NCBI GenBank assembly: GCA_043770215.1
Contig: JAYVIQ010000045.1
Location: forward strand, 1 to 58,976
Length of the DNA stretch: 58,976 nucleotides
Reading direction: 5' to 3'
DNA from: Cytophagales bacterium
GTDB lineage: Bacteria; Bacteroidota; Bacteroidia; Cytophagales; JAAEPT01
Under the pieces are notes generated by a model that worked only from the letters and a program-made list of their open reading frames with translations, did not search any database and had not been told where the DNA came from. The first letter of the stretch is position 1; every line of letters begins with the position of its first letter. A program made the position numbers and the translations under genes. This document shows, piece after piece, positions 8,499 through 18,800 of the stretch.

Positions 8499-11400
8499 TG
8501 TTTTTTCACAAATTGGCAATGAGTGGATAAATCCATCCAACCAGTATTTAAAAATCTCTGTTTCCCAAGATGGGTTTTATCGGGTTTTCCCTTCTGATTT
8601 TTCAAATTCTGGCTTTGATCTTACCCAAATTGACCCTAGAAGTTTTCAGCTTTTAAGAAGAGGCAAAGATTGTTCTATAAGAGTGACTGGAGATCAGGAT
8701 GCAACATTTAATGGCACAGACTATGTAGAATTTTATGGTTCAAAAAACAATGGAGAAGATGAAAAAGAATTGTTTTTAGAGAATGCTCAGCTGAATTCTT
8801 ATTACAGTATGTACACAGATACAGCAGCATATTTTTTGACATGGGCTGGGGTTTCTGGTGCTAGAATAAATTCTATATCTACCCAAAATCAGGTATCTAC
8901 ATCTAATACTTTAGAGGTAAAAAAAAGAAATGTTTACACAGATTATTATGCCATAGGCAATGAAAGATCTAATGAAGTTTATTATTCTGAAGGAGATTTT
9001 GGAGAAGGTTTTGTTTCTGCTGGAATAAGAAATAACACTTCTAAGGATTTTTCCATGAATTTACAAGATAAATTACCAAATGGAGACCCTTCCAAATTAA
9101 GTATTTTACTTGTTGGAGAATATTCTAACTTTAGAACTGTAAATATTGCAATTACTAGTGGTGCAAAGTCTCTATTTTTTACAACTCCACAATTTTCATC
9201 CTTTGAAGATTTATTGTATGAAGTTAATTTACCAAATGATTTTCTTTCTGAAAATCTTGTTGTAACTCTTAGTCCTATTTCAGATATAAACATTACTGAT
9301 TTTATATCTCTAGCCTATATAGAACTTACTTATAATATTACCACAGACTTAAGTCCAATAACAAATAATTTTGTTTTCAAAGCGGATAAAAAATCAAGAC
9401 TATCCCTTTTGTTGCCAAACATAAATAGTACTTTTTACACCTTTAACAAAGAAACCGATTTAGATGAAATTTCTACTCCAAACAATTGGAGTAATGATGA
9501 AGATTTTGACCAATACTTTATATTCAGATACAATAAAAATGACTTTTTACGCCCTGCAAAACTTCAAAGAGCTGTTTTTTCAGACCAGCTTACCCCAGTA
9601 AATTATGTGTTGATTTCACATAAAAAATTATGGTCTGGAGCTAGTGCGTATAAACAGTTCAAAGAATCTGATTTAGGCCAAGAAAGAATAGTAGGATTGT
9701 ATGACATAGAAGAATTGTACAATACGTATTCTTATGGTGATAAAAACCCTCTGGCAATTAAAAGATTGTCCAAAAAACAACTAACTCTAGGGAATCCAAA
9801 ATCTTTAATGATTTTAGGCAAAGGACTAACCCCTGGGTTTCAATCAGGAAATACATACTACAGAAAAGTAAATTATTCGCCATTACTAATCTCAGATTTT
9901 GATTTTGTACCAACATACGGTATGCCTGGGTCAGATGTTTGTTTTACACAGGGTCTACTGCCAAACCCATATCAGCAAGCCATACCTACAGGCAGGTTAT
10001 CTGTATCATCTAATGAGTCTATTTTGACTTATATAGAAAAGCTAAAAGAACATGCTTTGCTAACTTACAAAGATACCTGGACTAAAAACTTTTTGCATAT
10101 AAGTGGTGGTAAAAATGTTTTTGAAGTAAATACATTTTTTGAGAATATGAATGCTCTGAAAGAAAAAATAAAAGGGCCACTTGTAGGGGCTAATACTGAA
10201 GTTTTTGCTAAAAAAACCAATTTACCTATTGAGCTATACAACATTAGCGAGCAAGTAAATAAAGGGGTTTCTATGATTACTTATTTGGGGCACAGTGCAC
10301 CTAATACAATAGAAATAGATATTGGAGAAGCATCTGACCCTACCAATGGCTATAGAAATAAAGGTAAGTATCCAGTTTTGTTTATCAATGGATGTAATTC
10401 TTTAGATATTTTTAACTCCTATACAAGATCAGAAAATTGGGTTTTAGCCCCCAATAGAGGTGCTATTGCTGCTTTTGGGCATTCAAGATTTGGTTATCCT
10501 AATTCTTTGTATAGGTACACAGAATTGTTTTATGAAGTAGCATTTACTGATTTAGATTTTTGGGGTGCCACACTTGGAGAGATTCAAAATGAAACCATAA
10601 AAAGATATTCTATAGATGATCCAAGCAATCCTATAAACTATACTCAAATACAGCAATGGACGCTTATGGGAGATCCAGACATTCGTTTTGTTGCCCCTAA
10701 AAAAACAGATTTTAGTTTAGATTCGCCCATATCTATTTTGTCCAAAAACAAAAATGAACGTTTGACAGTGAGTTCAGACTCTGCTAAAATTAGTTTTGTT
10801 ATTGCAAATAAAGGAATCGTAAATACAAAACCACTACAAGTTTGTATTACTCGGTATTATGATAATTTGTCTAAATCTGTACAGTATGGGCCATTTAAAG
10901 TAGAAAATGTAGGTTCTTACACTCCAGTAGAGTTCACCTTTTTTAATGGACTTCCAAAATCTCAAGGAAAAAATTTGTTTGAAGTCTTTTTGGATTGTAA
11001 TTCTAGCTTTGATGAATTAAATGAACAAAATAACATTTCAACACTAAAATTTGAGATGCCAAGTAAGGGAGTAAATTTGCTTTATCCTTACCCTTATGCT
11101 ATTGTTGGAGATTCTAAAATAGACTTTTCAATAGAATCTCAAGACAGAAGTACTTTAAATGAAGAGTATTTATTTGAGCTATCTAAAGAGGCTAGCTTTA
11201 CTTCTGTTTTTTTAAAGCAAAATGTAATTGCAGACAATGTGGCTATGTATAAAAACATAGATTTAGGTCCTATTGAAGACAGTACAACGTTTTATTGGAG
11301 AGCAAGACAAAAAAATGTGGCAATAGGAGAGGACACCATTTGGTCATCTAGATCATTTACATACATAAAAAACAAAACTGGCTGGGGACAATTTGAATAT

Positions 11401-13329
11401 GATCAATTTAAAAACAATGAGCTAATTAGAATAAATGATACAGGAACAAAATTAGAATATGACAGTATTCAAACAAAGCTAAACTTTAGCACGGTAGGCG
11501 CAAATTTCACAGGAGATTTTATATACAACACAAGTTTAGCAATAAATGACAGAACTGTTGTAGAATCTTTATGGCATCCCGGGTGCACTGTACCTGGTTT
11601 TGTTTTGTTGCCTTTAGATGGAGCTAGTTTACTTTCTTACAGAGGAAAATCAGCAAGTGGATATTCATCTTGCGGTTTAGATCCCAAGACTACAGCTCAT
11701 TTTGTTGCAGATAATGCACAGCATATGAGCAATATGCAGTCTTATCTAGAGAGTATTCCAGTTGGAGACTACTTAATTTTATTATCTACAAGCAACAATT
11801 TAATAGAAAATGTACCTGTAAATGTCTTAGATAAATTACATGAGTTTGGTTGTTTTACATTAGAGACTCTTAAAAACGGAACCCCTTACCTATTTGTTGG
11901 GAAAAAAGGAAGTGCTTTACCTATGTTTGAATCTTTTGATTTGGATAAATCTAAAAAAATAGAGCAAACGTATGTTATAAAAGATTTTGCAAGTTCTGGT
12001 GAAATAAAAGCAAAAGAAATTTCTGTTGCTACCTCTTGGGATGCGTTTTCATGGTCTTTTTTAGGTGTTAATACTGAAAAATTTTCTACTGATTTGTTTT
12101 CAGATACAAAAAACGTGTATGCAAGCAATGCATTTAAGAACTCAGTACCATCAGGGGATATCATTGATTTAAACAAAGAGACCTCTCTAAATTTATCCGC
12201 AGTTTTTACTGATAAGTCTCTAAAAACACTTAGCGAATTAGATCATTGGGCTTTGTTTTACACCATCTCACCAGAAGGAGTAGTTCTGCCAGCTGCTACA
12301 TCAGGTACAAATAGAATTAAGTATAATCAAGGAGATGCCATTGTTGTAAAAGCAGCCTTTTTAAATGTTTCTACCGTAGATTTTGATACACTACAAGTAG
12401 GTGTTAAGGTAAAAGATGCTGTTGGAAATATTTTGATAGACAAACAAATTAAAACAAGCCCCCTAAAAGCTAAAGACACGTTGTTTTTCGATTATAGTTT
12501 TGCAAACAAAAGCTTGGTTGGAAATGTAATTATTGAGTTTAATTTTAATCAAAGTCAGCTTTTAGAGCAGTATTTAGGGAATAATAACTACACTCAAATG
12601 ATTGCAATTGCAAAGGATGAAGTAGCTCCACTTACATATCTGAATTTGAATGGTGTAGTTCCAATAAAGGATGCATTAAGTACTAACAATCCAATTATTC
12701 AAATATTTATTTATGATGACAACAAAAACTTTCCCAAAAATGATACCTTAGGTATAGAAATGTATTTGTCTGGTCCCTGTGAAGATTTTAATAATTGCCT
12801 GTTAAAGCGAGTTTATTTTTCTCAAAAAGGATTGGTTTGGTCAAGAAACAAAGATTTCTTAGAAATTGACCTTCCTTTTTATGCATTAGAGCAGGGTAAG
12901 TACGAATTTAAAGTCTTTGGAGCAGATGCATACGGAAACATAAATGAAAAAGCAACAAGCATTACTTTTGAGGTCCAAGAAACTACTTCATTATCTGCTT
13001 TTTTGCCTTACCCATCTCCTTTTTCATCTCAAATGCGGTTTGCATATCAAATGAAAGGAAGCAAACAACCCCAAAAAATGAATGTTCAGATTGTAAATAC
13101 CAATGGAAATTTGGTGTGTGAACTTACAGAGAAAGAGCTTGGACCACTAACGCCTGGTTCTAATCTTACTTCTTGGTCTTGGGATGGCACAGATAGGTTT
13201 GGAAATCAACTGCCTAATGGAATTTATCTATATAGATGTACTATATTAGATAATGAAATTGTAGAAATGAAAACAGAAGCAGATCGTTTGTTTAAAGACG
13301 GTTGGGGCAGTATAATGATAGCTAGATAG
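8449..13329 (+). CDS. porU: PorU-like C25 (gingipain-family) cysteine peptidase with a type IX secretion C-terminal sorting-type domain
   Basis: The TTG start gives a clean signal peptide, (M)RNLINIIALLSLVGSSVFSQ. A candidate His/Cys dyad, YLGHSAPN ... LFINGCNS, has 34-residue spacing, similar to gingipain R. The C-terminus PYPSPFSSQMRFAYQM...VQIVNTNGNLVCEL...WSWDGTDRFGNQLPNGIYLYRC matches the T9SS CTD / FlgD-Ig-like pattern. Confidence 0.7.
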   Translation: MRNLINIIALLSLVGSSVFSQIGNEWINPSNQYLKISVSQDGFYRVFPSDFSNSGFDLTQIDPRSFQLLRRGKDCSIRVTGDQDATFNGTDYVEFYGSKNNGEDEKELFLENAQLNSYYSMYTDTAAYFLTWAGVSGARINSISTQNQVSTSNTLEVKKRNVYTDYYAIGNERSNEVYYSEGDFGEGFVSAGIRNNTSKDFSMNLQDKLPNGDPSKLSILLVGEYSNFRTVNIAITSGAKSLFFTTPQFSSFEDLLYEVNLPNDFLSENLVVTLSPISDINITDFISLAYIELTYNITTDLSPITNNFVFKADKKSRLSLLLPNINSTFYTFNKETDLDEISTPNNWSNDEDFDQYFIFRYNKNDFLRPAKLQRAVFSDQLTPVNYVLISHKKLWSGASAYKQFKESDLGQERIVGLYDIEELYNTYSYGDKNPLAIKRLSKKQLTLGNPKSLMILGKGLTPGFQSGNTYYRKVNYSPLLISDFDFVPTYGMPGSDVCFTQGLLPNPYQQAIPTGRLSVSSNESILTYIEKLKEHALLTYKDTWTKNFLHISGGKNVFEVNTFFENMNALKEKIKGPLVGANTEVFAKKTNLPIELYNISEQVNKGVSMITYLGHSAPNTIEIDIGEASDPTNGYRNKGKYPVLFINGCNSLDIFNSYTRSENWVLAPNRGAIAAFGHSRFGYPNSLYRYTELFYEVAFTDLDFWGATLGEIQNETIKRYSIDDPSNPINYTQIQQWTLMGDPDIRFVAPKKTDFSLDSPISILSKNKNERLTVSSDSAKISFVIANKGIVNTKPLQVCITRYYDNLSKSVQYGPFKVENVGSYTPVEFTFFNGLPKSQGKNLFEVFLDCNSSFDELNEQNNISTLKFEMPSKGVNLLYPYPYAIVGDSKIDFSIESQDRSTLNEEYLFELSKEASFTSVFLKQNVIADNVAMYKNIDLGPIEDSTTFYWRARQKNVAIGEDTIWSSRSFTYIKNKTGWGQFEYDQFKNNELIRINDTGTKLEYDSIQTKLNFSTVGANFTGDFIYNTSLAINDRTVVESLWHPGCTVPGFVLLPLDGASLLSYRGKSASGYSSCGLDPKTTAHFVADNAQHMSNMQSYLESIPVGDYLILLSTSNNLIENVPVNVLDKLHEFGCFTLETLKNGTPYLFVGKKGSALPMFESFDLDKSKKIEQTYVIKDFASSGEIKAKEISVATSWDAFSWSFLGVNTEKFSTDLFSDTKNVYASNAFKNSVPSGDIIDLNKETSLNLSAVFTDKSLKTLSELDHWALFYTISPEGVVLPAATSGTNRIKYNQGDAIVVKAAFLNVSTVDFDTLQVGVKVKDAVGNILIDKQIKTSPLKAKDTLFFDYSFANKSLVGNVIIEFNFNQSQLLEQYLGNNNYTQMIAIAKDEVAPLTYLNLNGVVPIKDALSTNNPIIQIFIYDDNKNFPKNDTLGIEMYLSGPCEDFNNCLLKRVYFSQKGLVWSRNKDFLEIDLPFYALEQGKYEFKVFGADAYGNINEKATSITFEVQETTSLSAFLPYPSPFSSQMRFAYQMKGSKQPQKMNVQIVNTNGNLVCELTEKELGPLTPGSNLTSWSWDGTDRFGNQLPNGIYLYRCTILDNEIVEMKTEADRLFKDGWGSIMIAR

Positions 13330-13341
13330 TTTTTTTAGGAT

Positions 13342-14253
13342 ATGGAAGAGGAAAAAATGCAAGACCCTGGTTTTGGGGCTAAGTATTACAGACCTTCAGG
13401 TAGGATGATTAATAAAGATGGTTCTTTCAATGTAAAAAGAACTGGAGTATCTCCATTTATAAATGGGTATCAGTTTTTGATAGACATTAAATTGGTTTAT
13501 TTTTTTGGTATCATTTTGTTTTTGTTTGTTTTGTTTAATTTGTTTTTTGCTGCTATTTATTTTGGATTAGGCAAAGGTAATTTTAAAGGTATTGGTGATG
13601 ATTATACCTTTTTAGATGTCTTTTTTTTTAGTGCTCAAACCCTAACTACCGTTGGCTATGGGGCTATAACTCCAAGCAGTATACTGTCTAATTTTATTTC
13701 TTCGTTTGAGGCATTTATAGGGCTTTTGTTTTTTGCTATGGCTACAGGTTTGTTGTATGGGCGGTTTTCTAAACCAAATGCAAAAATAAAATACAGCGAT
13801 AAAATATTAGTATCTCCCTACCAAGAGGGTAGAGCGCTTATGTTTAGGATTGTAAATGCAAGAAGTACACAATTATCTGATATGAAAGTAAGGGTCATTT
13901 ATTCATTTATGGAAAAAGAAAATGGGGAATACAACCGCAATTATTTTAACCTAAATTTAGTTAGAGATACGGTTATGTTTTTTCCTCTAAGCTGGACTTT
14001 GGTTCATGTATTGGATGATGAAAGCCCTTTTAAACCCTATTCATTAGAAGAATTGCATCAAAAAAGTACAGAGTTGATGATTTTGGTGACTGGTTACGAT
14101 GATACTTTTGATCAGATAGTAACTTCTAGATACTCATATACAAGTTCTGAAATTGAGTTGAATGCCACTTTTGACCGTATTTTTCAGTCAAAAGAAGATG
14201 GAATAGTAGTGATAGAAGTAGACAAAGTAGGCGATTTCACATCTGTATCTTAA
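13342..14253 (+). CDS. Inward-rectifier-type (KirBac-like) potassium channel
   Basis: It has the selectivity filter TTVGYG between two transmembrane helices. The N-terminus RMINKDGSFNVKR and the C-terminal beta-rich cytoplasmic domain are typical of the IRK/KirBac family. Confidence 0.85.
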   Translation: MEEEKMQDPGFGAKYYRPSGRMINKDGSFNVKRTGVSPFINGYQFLIDIKLVYFFGIILFLFVLFNLFFAAIYFGLGKGNFKGIGDDYTFLDVFFFSAQTLTTVGYGAITPSSILSNFISSFEAFIGLLFFAMATGLLYGRFSKPNAKIKYSDKILVSPYQEGRALMFRIVNARSTQLSDMKVRVIYSFMEKENGEYNRNYFNLNLVRDTVMFFPLSWTLVHVLDDESPFKPYSLEELHQKSTELMILVTGYDDTFDQIVTSRYSYTSSEIELNATFDRIFQSKEDGIVVIEVDKVGDFTSVS

Positions 14254-14310
14254 TGTGAAATCTAACATTTTTTTTCAGAATGAATTATTGTTGAAAACAG
14301 GTTTTCTACA

Positions 14311-15018
14311 TTAGATACTTTTAATCTCTACTAAATAATCATAATGTGTACCATCCAATATTTTTTTTATGCTAAGTCCGCACAGGTTACAAGCATCTTG
14401 TAGCAGATCATAGGATACATAAAGCCAGTCTAGGTTTAGTTCGCTTTCTTCAAAACAAATGGTATAATTCATATTGCCATAATAGTCATCATTCAAATCT
14501 ATCACATAGCTTCCGTCCTCATCTTCATACATATAAATAATGTCTGAACTATCTAGCAATATTTTTCCATTTTGGTTTAGCAAACTTTTGCAGTGCAATA
14601 AAAAGCTATTTAGATTTTCTAGCCTACCGGCCAATCCTACGCCATTCATTAATAGCAAGATAGTATCAAATTTTTGATCTTTAAAACTTAGGAAGTCTTG
14701 CTCAATTATTTGTGTTACCCCTCTATCTTCTAGCACATCGCAAGCAAGCGTAGATTTTTCAAGTGCTGTTACATCCATTCCTTTTTCTTGTAAAATAAGG
14801 CTATGAACTCCAGCACAAGCCCCAACGTCCAATACCTTTCCAACGCAAAGGTCTAACGCTTTTTTTTCAATTTCTGGCAATTCTTCAAATTCTCTAAACA
14901 GGTAAGAAACAGGTATTTGTTCATCTCCGGCTAGATCTGAAAAAACTTCTATTTCTAATGTTTCGTCTTCTGTAAGATAAAATTGCTTTATGGCTGTTCC
15001 AAAAACGTCTTTGTTCAT
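14311..15018 (-). CDS. Class I SAM-dependent methyltransferase
   Basis: Motif I is VLDVGACAGVHS and the post-I acidic residue lies in VTALEKS. Its start abuts the stop of the upstream gene (15018/15019). Confidence 0.8.
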   Translation of the reverse strand: MNKDVFGTAIKQFYLTEDETLEIEVFSDLAGDEQIPVSYLFREFEELPEIEKKALDLCVGKVLDVGACAGVHSLILQEKGMDVTALEKSTLACDVLEDRGVTQIIEQDFLSFKDQKFDTILLLMNGVGLAGRLENLNSFLLHCKSLLNQNGKILLDSSDIIYMYEDEDGSYVIDLNDDYYGNMNYTICFEESELNLDWLYVSYDLLQDACNLCGLSIKKILDGTHYDYLVEIKSI

Positions 15019-15870
15019 TTAGTCTATAAGTTGAGTGAGAGAGGATATGATTTCTGCTGGTGTCATCTTTTTTTGTATCAGTTTTAGTTCAGTCAACGTG
15101 TGTATTACTTTGTTTAGCATTTTTTCTGAAACTTCCATATGGCTATTCCATTCTGTTTCTTGTAGCCATTGTTGTGCATCTTTAATTGTAAGTTCGTACT
15201 CTTCTGCAATTTCTTTGTCTATTTCTGGTCTACTTTTGAATAGATCCAAACACATATTTATACCGTCTAAAAAATTTTCTAGTTGGTTCTGATTTTCTGT
15301 AATAAAATCTTGGTGCGCCACCAATACAAAACAAGGCCATGGAGTAGGGCAGGTATCTATTCTTTGCATTTCGCCATTATCTACAAAAGGTTGGGTAGTA
15401 AATTTTTCCCATAAAAATAAAGCTTCTTCCTCAGTTTTAAATAGATTTCTAGCTCCTTCTAAATTTTGAATTGTCAAAAAAGAGAGTGAATCAGATGCCC
15501 ATTTTTTACCTTGAGCATAAACATATGCCATTAGATGTGAGCCACTCCCTAGCCTACTTATGGCAAAAGGCGTTGTAGAACTAGGTGTTTTTTTTGATGT
15601 TTTCCCTGTATGTACACCCCACACCAATGGAGAATCTACGTATATTTTTATGATTTTATATTCTTGGTTTTCAGCAATAAATTTTATGGCCCCCTCTGTA
15701 AGCAGTAATGCTAAGTTTATATCATTGTTTAATAGTGCTTGGGTCATGGCTCCTGTACCACCTGCAAACTCTATGAATTCATAATCTATTTCATCAAAAA
15801 CCCCCTCTTCTTCTGCTATGTGCCATGGAAAATTAAAGTGTTCTGGTACTCCACCAAGTTGTATATTCAT
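15019..15870 (-). CDS. Periplasmic-binding-protein type 2 fold protein (NMT1/Ca3427-like), function unknown
   Basis: MNIQLGGVPEHFNFPWHIAEEEG...FAGGTGAM resembles the substrate-binding-domain family annotated as Ca3427-like PBP2. It has no signal peptide. Its ATG shares one base with the TAA stop of the upstream giant gene. Confidence 0.45.
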   Translation of the reverse strand: MNIQLGGVPEHFNFPWHIAEEEGVFDEIDYEFIEFAGGTGAMTQALLNNDINLALLLTEGAIKFIAENQEYKIIKIYVDSPLVWGVHTGKTSKKTPSSTTPFAISRLGSGSHLMAYVYAQGKKWASDSLSFLTIQNLEGARNLFKTEEEALFLWEKFTTQPFVDNGEMQRIDTCPTPWPCFVLVAHQDFITENQNQLENFLDGINMCLDLFKSRPEIDKEIAEEYELTIKDAQQWLQETEWNSHMEVSEKMLNKVIHTLTELKLIQKKMTPAEIISSLTQLID

Positions 15871-18800
15871 TATCTTTCTTCTATATAATCTATTACTTCT
15901 ACTGCTGCTTCATTAGCAGATCCTATCAATTCTTCTTTATACAAACTCTTATTATTCCACTCGAAGATTAATTCTTTAATTTGCTTTTTTTCATTGCCAG
16001 AGTATTCTGCAGAAATGTATTCTGGCTTTTCAAAGAAGGTCAAACTATCTTTGTCCAAAGGTAAAGGATTAGAAATAGCTAATTTTTTTTCTCTAGTGTA
16101 GCCATCATTGTAATAAGAATATACATAAAACAACACTTTTTCTTTTTTCTCTTTTTCTAGATCCTCACTTTCTTGGTTTACGTAATTTTGGCTCTTTTTT
16201 TGTTTTACTACTTTAATGAGCTTCATTTTGACAGGATTTTCATTTTCGTTATTATACTCGTTTTCGCTTTCTGTATTTGTCAGTGCATGGTATAGTTGAG
16301 CTTCTGATATGCCTTCTTTGCTTTTGTATTCATCTGGTATTTTATATTCCATGATTATGTTGCTAAGCATAAGCATAAGTTTATATCTATTTTTTATGTC
16401 TTTAAAGACTTTGTTTTTTTCTGATGCAGAAAGTACTTTATCATTTTTAAACAAGTACTTAGCAGCCTCAAATTTCAATTCTTGGTCCTTGTCTTCAAAC
16501 AATGAAAGCATTACTTTTTCTATACTATCACTTTCAGTATCAAGGGCTGTAATGATTTGTGTTATGTCTTTTAGATTAGACTTAATTACTGTAAAATTGC
16601 TGCTGTCTTTAGTCAGTTTTTTATATAGGTGTGCTACGTCTAAAAAATAACTACGTAAAAAAACCTCATTTGCTTTTATGCTATCGGTATTTATTTCTTT
16701 GTTAGAAAGGCACTCATTAGTAGATAGTAATAATTTTTTTTCCAAAGTCCATAAACTATCTTTCATCCAAAAGTTGAATGTTTTATGATTGTTTGCAAAA
16801 ATTTGTAAACTATCATCTAATTTTGTAAGCAGACGTGTGTAGCTTTTCTTATTTTGTTTGATGTTTTTGATTGGTTCTTTTATCAAATCCTCTAAAGCTT
16901 TAAATCCTTTTCCTTTATTTATTTTTGTGAGGTATTCTATGCATGCTAATCTAAATTTTAAGCTGTCTTTTAAGTATGTTTTACTTAGTCTATACATAAA
17001 ATCTGCTGTGGTAGAGTCGTTTACGTAACTGAGTACATGCAAAAGATCTAGTGTATTGTTTTCTAGTTTTTTATCGTTCAGTTTTGCTTCTTTTTCTGCA
17101 TATTGTTGTATTAGTTTAACGTGGCTAGAATCAAAAGGATAAAAATCCAATGCTTTTCTAGCATAACTCTGTTGCAAACTGTCTTTAGATAATAAGGAGT
17201 CTAATATTCCTTTTGATTTATCTTTAAATAAATTAGAATTGCTATTTATCAATCGGGTGTCTAAAGAATCAAAATAATTAGAAACGTTTCTGTTGTTTTT
17301 TAGTTCTTCTGGGTAAAATACTCTTTGTGTTATTACTGTGTTTCCTTTTTGAGTAAAACGTAGTTCTCCTTGTCCATTTTGGTTTTTTATGTTGAAATTT
17401 ACATGTAACCATTGTTTTTTAGAGGCATCAGAATTGCTTGAATCTCGTTTGCTTTCTTTAATGACATAATCTTCGTTGATAAAATCTTTTTTAAAGTAGC
17501 TAAACAATGAGTCTATGTTTGGTAAAGAATAATACTCTGAAAAAGTCTCTACATAGGTTTGGTAACAGATGCCCAAAGCGCTGTCTAGAGCGTAGTATTT
17601 ATTTCTACTAGCAAAAGGGGCTATTTGTTTTTCATCTTTCTTTTTTCTACTATGTTCGTACCCTGGAGCTTTATAGTAATCATAATCGTCTAAATTGTAG
17701 TCTTTTGTGGTTCTAATGTTGCGGGTATGAATAAAATTTCTGTCACTATTCAGTACACTTTTTTCTAATTCTTTGGGCAGTAAAATAGATATGCTATCTG
17801 TTTTGGTGATGTATTTTTTATATTCAACAGATGAATAATTTTCAAATGTAAATGAATCAAAAAAATCTTTAGCTTGTTTTTTCGAACTTGCCTTTTTATC
17901 TATTTTGGCTACCAATAAGTAATTTCTGTACCCTCTATTTATGTACTTAAGCCAAACATAATGCCCTTTATTGGCTTTTATTTTTGCTTCTAAACTAGGG
18001 TATTTACCAAATGTGGTGTAACTACTATCTTTTAAGTCTGAAATAAATTCTGTATAATACTCCAATCCCCATTCAAACACTTCTTTGTCATTGAAATACC
18101 AATTTCCTATGGGTGCATTGTTGTATCTAAAAATGAATTGATTATTGGCATTAGAACCAGACCAATAATGTACTTTATACTCATCCTCTGTTGTGTAATA
18201 CTGGTTTAATGCAAGCTCATTTTCTTCTTTTTTAGGATTGTATATGATGTTTTTGTATGTAGTGTTTGGGGGGGTAAGGATACTAAATGCGCCACTTGTA
18301 TCTGTTATTCTTCTCCAATTTTCTTTTGGTAGTATTTCTTTTTTCCATTGTATAGAACCCAAAAATTTAGAAGCTTGCTCATTTTCTAGGGAGTCTTTGT
18401 TTAGCGCAGCCACTTGCAACAAATACAAAAAATAGTCTTTTTTATAAAGTCTAGCTTTGTAATAAATTTGTTTAGGGTCCAGATCCCCCCCGCTTTTTTG
18501 AAGGTAATTATTTTCTGAAGTTAGCGGTTCATTCCAACACAATTCTAACCCATTAGTGTCTCCTTTAATTATTTTTTTTCTACTTAAAATGTTAGGAGAG
18601 TTTAATAAATAATCTATGTCTGTTTCTGATATTTTAGAATTTTTGCTGCCTGAAGAAAACCATCTTTCATCTAATTGTTGAGCATCGAAGGCAATTTCTC
18701 TTATTGGATCTAAAAATACATTTCTTACAATGCCATTGCTAAAAGCAGTAAGAGGACCAGGTGAATTAACCGTAAAGTCAGCATTTAAAGGTTGTACTGT

